Assembly (NCBI GenBank): GCA_900540905.1
Contig: UQHR01000002.1
Span: 45,321-109,320, forward strand
DNA from: an uncultured Collinsella sp.
Lineage (GTDB): Bacteria; Actinomycetota; Coriobacteriia; Coriobacteriales; Coriobacteriaceae
Length of the DNA stretch: 64,000 nucleotides
Direction of reading: 5' to 3'
Of this stretch, positions 59,860 through 64,000 are shown piece after piece. The first letter of the stretch is position 1. Each line of letters opens with the position of its first letter. Below the pieces are notes generated by a model. The model ran no database searches. It was not told the DNA's origin and worked only from the letters and a program-made list of their open reading frames with translations. The position numbers and the translations under genes are program-made.

Positions 59860-61164
59860 CTACTGGTTGTCAGCAGCCGAGAAATCCATATCGAGCGAGG
59901 AAACGGCCCAGCCGATATGGTTGTCGGAGCGCACGAATTTGACAGTGTACTCCTGCTCGCCGCCCTTGGACAGCGATGCCTTCACCTTGGCGGTCGTCTC
60001 GGTCATGGACTGATCCATGCCCTCGACGGACACGGTGGCGCCCTGCGGAATCGAGGAGATGATCATCGACTTGGCGTCCTCGGGCAGGCTCGAGGCCAGG
60101 CAAGACTCGGCCTTTGCGGTGTCACCGTCGCCGGCAGCCTGGAACAGATCGGTAACGACAGACTCCTGAGACGGGAAGCCAAAGCCGCGCGTGTAGGCAA
60201 AGCCCAGACCGCCCGCGGCGATCAAAATGAGCAGAAGCAGCACGATGAAGACTTTGAGACCCGTGTGGCGATGGCGACGACGGACCTTGGCCTGCTTACG
60301 ATCCTGACGGTCCTGCTGGACCATCTCGGACTCGGACAGCGTAAAGAAGCCGGTGTCCGAGGGATCGGGCATAAACTGACCGGTCGCGCCCGTAGGATCG
60401 AGCGGATCGACGGCAGGAGCGTCCATCGCGGGCGCCGGAGCCGTGGCCATAGCCGTCTGGGCAGACAGCGCGGCAAGCGAATCATGCACGCGGGCAAGCT
60501 CATCGGCCTGCTCGGAAGTGAGCTGGTAGATGCCATCGGCAGTAGCGGCGTTAAAGGCGTCGAGTGCGTCGGAGGGACGGCCGGCGGCAGAAAGCGCCTG
60601 ACCCATGCCGGCGTTGAGCGCACGCGTGTCGTCGCGGGGGCCGGCAAAGTCGATAGCCGTGCGGTAGGTCTCCACGGCATCCGCCGGACGGCCGAGCTTA
60701 ATGAAGCAACGACCAAGCTCGCCCAGTGCGGCGGCAGGAGCCGGATTGGCGCCGTCGATGGCAGCCTGACGGAAGGCAGTACCCGCGTTGGCATAGTCGC
60801 CCGACTGGAACAGCGCGTTACCCAGGCCCAGATAGGCCTTGAACGGCGTGGCATAGGAAGCATCCTGCGTAGCAGCAGAGAACGCCTGGGCGGCCGTCGT
60901 GTAGTCGCCCACGGCGGCGAGCGCCTTGCCGCGGTTGGTGAGCAGCGCGCCGCGCTTGCCGTAGGTGCCGTCGTTGAGGGCGGCAGCATAAGCCTCGGCG
61001 GCCTCGGCATACATGCCCAGGTGCATCAAGGCGTTGCCACGAAGGTGATCGGCCTCGCCCATAATCTCATCGGGAGTCTTTGCCGCCCCAAGCATCTGGG
61101 CTGCAGCGGAAAAATCACCCGCGCGGTAAGCGGCGCGGCCCTGTTGGATCAGCTGGCTATTCAA
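59860..61164 (-). CDS. TPR-repeat membrane protein (cytoplasmic TPR array, one TM helix, extracytoplasmic C-domain), function unknown
   Basis: Multiple Ala-rich TPR-like repeats (AAYRAGDFSAAAQMLG, HLGMYAEAAEAYAAAL, ...), a basic stretch, the TM helix VFIVLLLLILIAAGGLGFAY, and a roughly 110-aa C-domain. Confidence 0.6.
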   Translation of the reverse strand: MNSQLIQQGRAAYRAGDFSAAAQMLGAAKTPDEIMGEADHLRGNALMHLGMYAEAAEAYAAALNDGTYGKRGALLTNRGKALAAVGDYTTAAQAFSAATQDASYATPFKAYLGLGNALFQSGDYANAGTAFRQAAIDGANPAPAAALGELGRCFIKLGRPADAVETYRTAIDFAGPRDDTRALNAGMGQALSAAGRPSDALDAFNAATADGIYQLTSEQADELARVHDSLAALSAQTAMATAPAPAMDAPAVDPLDPTGATGQFMPDPSDTGFFTLSESEMVQQDRQDRKQAKVRRRHRHTGLKVFIVLLLLILIAAGGLGFAYTRGFGFPSQESVVTDLFQAAGDGDTAKAESCLASSLPEDAKSMIISSIPQGATVSVEGMDQSMTETTAKVKASLSKGGEQEYTVKFVRSDNHIGWAVSSLDMDFSAADNQ

Positions 61165-61175
61165 GGAAGTCCCCT

Positions 61176-61718
61176 TTACTCGTGAACGGTCTCGACATGG
61201 ACGATCTCGTCGCCGGCACGCAGCTGCGAAATCACATCGAGACCCTCGACCGTGGTACCAAAGACGGTGTAACCGGAATCGAGGTTATGCTGGGCGCCCA
61301 GGCAGAAGTAGAACTGCGAACCCGCGGAATCGGGATCCATGGAGCGCGCCATGGCAAGGGCACCATCGACATGGCTGTTGCGCGGATTGGTGGCAAACTC
61401 GCCCTTGATGCAGTAGCCAGGGCCACCGGTACCGGGCATGCCGTCGGGGCCCTCAAGACCGGCAGCGACGTCGGCACCGGACATATCGCGGGTATTGGGG
61501 TCGCCGCCCTGAATGACAAAGCCGGGCACATAGCGATGGAACTTAAGGCCATCATAGAAACCCATCGTGGAAAGCTCGCAGAAGTTCGCGACATGAATGG
61601 GAGCGCCCTCGCCGTCAAACTTGACCTTGATGGTACCCTTCGACGTCTCGATAACGGCGCACTCGTCGCCGGCAAGCTGATACTCGGGCGTGTAGAGCTC
61701 TTTCTTAAAACCAAACAT
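61176..61718 (-). CDS. ppiB: Peptidyl-prolyl cis-trans isomerase, cyclophilin type
   Basis: HRYVPGFVIQGGDP... and FGYDGLKFHR-like cyclophilin signature. 180 aa. Confidence 0.9.
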   Translation of the reverse strand: MFGFKKELYTPEYQLAGDECAVIETSKGTIKVKFDGEGAPIHVANFCELSTMGFYDGLKFHRYVPGFVIQGGDPNTRDMSGADVAAGLEGPDGMPGTGGPGYCIKGEFATNPRNSHVDGALAMARSMDPDSAGSQFYFCLGAQHNLDSGYTVFGTTVEGLDVISQLRAGDEIVHVETVHE

Positions 61719-61757
61719 GTGGTTCCTTCCTCGTGCGTTTAAAGCATATTTGTACGA

Positions 61758-61787
61758 ATTGTAGCAATAAGCATGCGCTTACATCAA
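61758..61787 (-). promoter_or_regulatory. Sigma-70-type promoter for ppiB
   Basis: Minus-strand TTGATG (61782-61787), 18-bp spacer, TACAAT (61758-61763). Confidence 0.5.
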
Positions 61788-61825
61788 TTGCGCACGTAGG
61801 TTATGCCGACTATGGCGAACTAATT

Positions 61826-62998
61826 TTAGGAACGCTGCTGCGGCTTCCAGGAGCCCACGTTGGCGTCGTACTGATTCAGCGCGCTGTTGCCGCCCTGTGC
61901 GATGGGCGCCAGGATCTCGCTTTGGTGGGAACTCATCGACTCACCATCAGGAATGGCCAGCGAGATGTCCCAGCTCTGACAGATCACGTCGACGCGCTCG
62001 TACATCCACTCGGCAAGCTGCTTTAAGTGGGCGATGTCATCCGCATAGACCGTATCGTCTTGCACCTTAAGGTTGTTGAGCTCATCTTGCGTCTTTTTGA
62101 TCTGGTCGCGCAAGGCGTAGGCACTCTGCGACAGTTCCTGACGGGTGGACAGCGGCGTTCGAAGATAGCCGTTGTTAAAAGAATCGATGACCTCGCCGAT
62201 CTGGTCCTCGTCACCGTAGGACACGATGGTCTGATACAGACCGTCGAGCCTGGTATAGAGCTGATCATCGGTGAGCACGGTTTCTTCCTGGACCACCTCG
62301 GCAGAATCGTCCTGCTTGGTATCGTCCTCAGTCGCCTCGCCCTTTTGGCGCGTGGGGAAGGTGGTTTGTGCAGCTTGGCCAAACTGGTCGTAGAAGCCAG
62401 ACATAACACCCATGGGATCGGTCGTCACGAACCAATAGGCACCGCCGCAAACGACGGCAAGGACCGCGATGATAATGAGCGGCTTGGGGATATGACGCTT
62501 GTGCTTGTGATAGGCGTCCTCGTCGGGATGCACCTTGCGCTTGGGTTTTTGAGCATCGTCATGCAGGGAAACCGGCGTGGGAATATCGACCTTGGGGATG
62601 CCGAAATCCTTATCGAAAGCCGGCAGCACGCAGGTCTCGTTAGGATCGGCGGCGTCCGAAAGCACCGCAGCGGCAGAGGCCGGCGCATGAGGCACCTCGG
62701 TATCGATCTGCTCTTGCGTTAGGCGCGGAAAGCCTGCCGTGCGGCCCGCTGCCAGGTCGGATGCGGCCGCGTCCTCGGAGAGGATACCCGGAGCGGGGCG
62801 TCCGCATTTGGGGCACGTACGATCATGCGGAGAAAGACGGGCACCGCAGCCCTCACAGAACACGAACTCGGTGTGCTCGGGGCCATCGCCCGGACCCACA
62901 TAGGCGTTGCAGTAGGGGCAGAACGAGGCGCCGTCCTCGATAGTCTTAAGGCAATGCGGGCAGATCACGGCATCCTCTTTTCGAAGCAATTCAAACAA
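61826..62998 (-). CDS. Double zinc-ribbon membrane protein (two N-terminal C4 zinc ribbons, one TM helix, extracytoplasmic domain), function unknown
   Basis: CPHC...CPYC and CEGC...CPKC pairs in the first 70 aa, TM IIIAVLAVVCGGAYWFV, then a roughly 200-aa C-domain with no recognisable motif. Confidence 0.6.
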   Translation of the reverse strand: MFELLRKEDAVICPHCLKTIEDGASFCPYCNAYVGPGDGPEHTEFVFCEGCGARLSPHDRTCPKCGRPAPGILSEDAAASDLAAGRTAGFPRLTQEQIDTEVPHAPASAAAVLSDAADPNETCVLPAFDKDFGIPKVDIPTPVSLHDDAQKPKRKVHPDEDAYHKHKRHIPKPLIIIAVLAVVCGGAYWFVTTDPMGVMSGFYDQFGQAAQTTFPTRQKGEATEDDTKQDDSAEVVQEETVLTDDQLYTRLDGLYQTIVSYGDEDQIGEVIDSFNNGYLRTPLSTRQELSQSAYALRDQIKKTQDELNNLKVQDDTVYADDIAHLKQLAEWMYERVDVICQSWDISLAIPDGESMSSHQSEILAPIAQGGNSALNQYDANVGSWKPQQRS

Positions 62999-63071
62999 TC
63001 GAGGTTAGAGCATAACATCGCCACGGCCCCACAGGAACAAGGCACCAATTCAACATCGCCAGGGCGCGTAG

Positions 63072-64000
63072 CTACTTCTTCTTTTTGCTTGGCATCGAGA
63101 CTTTGATGCCTTGGGCGGACTTGGTCACGCGAGAGCGCTTGGCTCCGGTACTCTTCTTTTTCTTGGGCTGGGCCTGGGCCACGCCCTCGAGTGCGCGGGC
63201 CTCGGCCTCGCGAGCGGTGCGATCTTCGCGGCGCTGCGCCATGTCGGCGGCGAAGCGCTTGGCAAAACGCTCGGCCGTCGAACCCGTCGAGCTCACCTTG
63301 CCGCCACCGCGACCTAGGTGGACGCGCACACCGCGGCCAAAACCAGTTGCAGCATGACGACGACGCGGCTTGAGCGAATCCATCATCGTGGCGAGCTTAA
63401 AGAACACCGAGCAGGTAAAGACCACGATGACAGCCAAGATAACCATCTGGCCCATCGACAGGTTGGCAATAGACAGCAGCTCTGGGAATCCGATAACGCC
63501 CACCAGGATGCCGGCGACTACAAACACAAAGAGCACCACACGTAAGGGCGTGAGAGGCTGCGAGATGCGCCAGATCAGGCTGACGCTCGCCGCGCACGAC
63601 GTAAGCAGGCACATCGTAGACAGCGTAAGCTGGGTAAAGCCAAACACGCGCGCCACAAAGATATCGAGCGCCGCAGCCAAAATGACCGCAATCGACGCCG
63701 GCAGTGCCCGCTTGAGCACGTTCGTCAGGAACGACCCCTTCACGCGAGCATTGTTGGGCTCCAAGCCCAACACAAAGCCCGGCGCGCCGATGCAGAAGAA
63801 GTTAATGAGCGTCATCTGGATGGGCTCGAAGGGGTACGGCGGCAGCGCGATGCACAGCGCCGCCAGGCCCATCGAGAACAGCGTCTTGGTCAGGAACAGC
63901 GAGGCCGAACGCTGCAGGTTGTTGATGGAGCGACGGCCCTCGGCCACCACGGCGGGCATCGAGGCAAAGTCGTTGTCAACGAGTACGATCTCGGCCACGT
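63072..64000 (-). CDS. Cation-transporting P-type ATPase, C-terminal region only (N-terminus beyond the window end), with a Lys/Arg-rich C-terminal tail
   Basis: AEIVLVDNDFASMPAVVAEGRRSINNLQRSASLFLTKTLFSMGLAALCIAL matches the hinge/TM7-10 region of P-type ATPases. The basic tail is PKKKKSTGAKRSRVTKS...KKKK. Confidence 0.75.
   Translation of the reverse strand, partial: VAEIVLVDNDFASMPAVVAEGRRSINNLQRSASLFLTKTLFSMGLAALCIALPPYPFEPIQMTLINFFCIGAPGFVLGLEPNNARVKGSFLTNVLKRALPASIAVILAAALDIFVARVFGFTQLTLSTMCLLTSCAASVSLIWRISQPLTPLRVVLFVFVVAGILVGVIGFPELLSIANLSMGQMVILAVIVVFTCSVFFKLATMMDSLKPRRRHAATGFGRGVRVHLGRGGGKVSSTGSTAERFAKRFAADMAQRREDRTAREAEARALEGVAQAQPKKKKSTGAKRSRVTKSAQGIKVSMPSKKKK

Overview
Identifications and translations were done by eye from the ORF track; no searches or alignments were run. 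The window is high-GC (about 62-64%) chromosomal DNA from an Actinobacteria-type genome. It carries an actinobacterial-type integration host factor (mihF) and anaerobic fermentative genes (adhE, pyruvate,phosphate dikinase), which suggests a Coriobacteriia-like organism; this is inference. Nearly all genes sit on the minus strand in tight, often overlapping operons, and almost all are core housekeeping genes. In order: holA-comEC-comEA (competence/DNA uptake), thiI, rpoZ-gmk-mihF, a pyrR-pyrB-pyrC-pyrK-pyrD-pyrF operon (no carAB), rpmB, a small transposon-like element (IS200/RAYT-like Y1 HUH transposase between 47-bp inverted repeats), adhE, an APH/ChoK-like kinase, proS, ispG, rseP, dxr, cdsA, uppS, frr, pyrH, tsf, rpsB, xerC, trmFO, dprA, comM, yraN, rnhB, rplS, ppdK with its regulatory kinase PDRP, glyS-glyQ, lepB, trmD-rimM-KH-rpsP, dinB (plus strand), rsfS-yqeK-nadD, obg-rpmA-rplU, an uncharacterized radical-SAM pair (TIGR03960/TIGR03936-like), a hypothetical 309-aa protein, rodA-pbp2-mreD-mreC-mreB, a TPR membrane protein, ppiB, a double-zinc-ribbon membrane protein, and the C-terminal end of a P-type ATPase. 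The only clearly accessory stretch is about 12.9-17.7 kb (mobile element, adhE, kinase). No CRISPR, tRNA or rRNA genes were seen. The least-characterized content is the radical-SAM pair plus 309-aa protein joined to the mre/pbp2/rodA operon, and the membrane proteins flanking ppiB.
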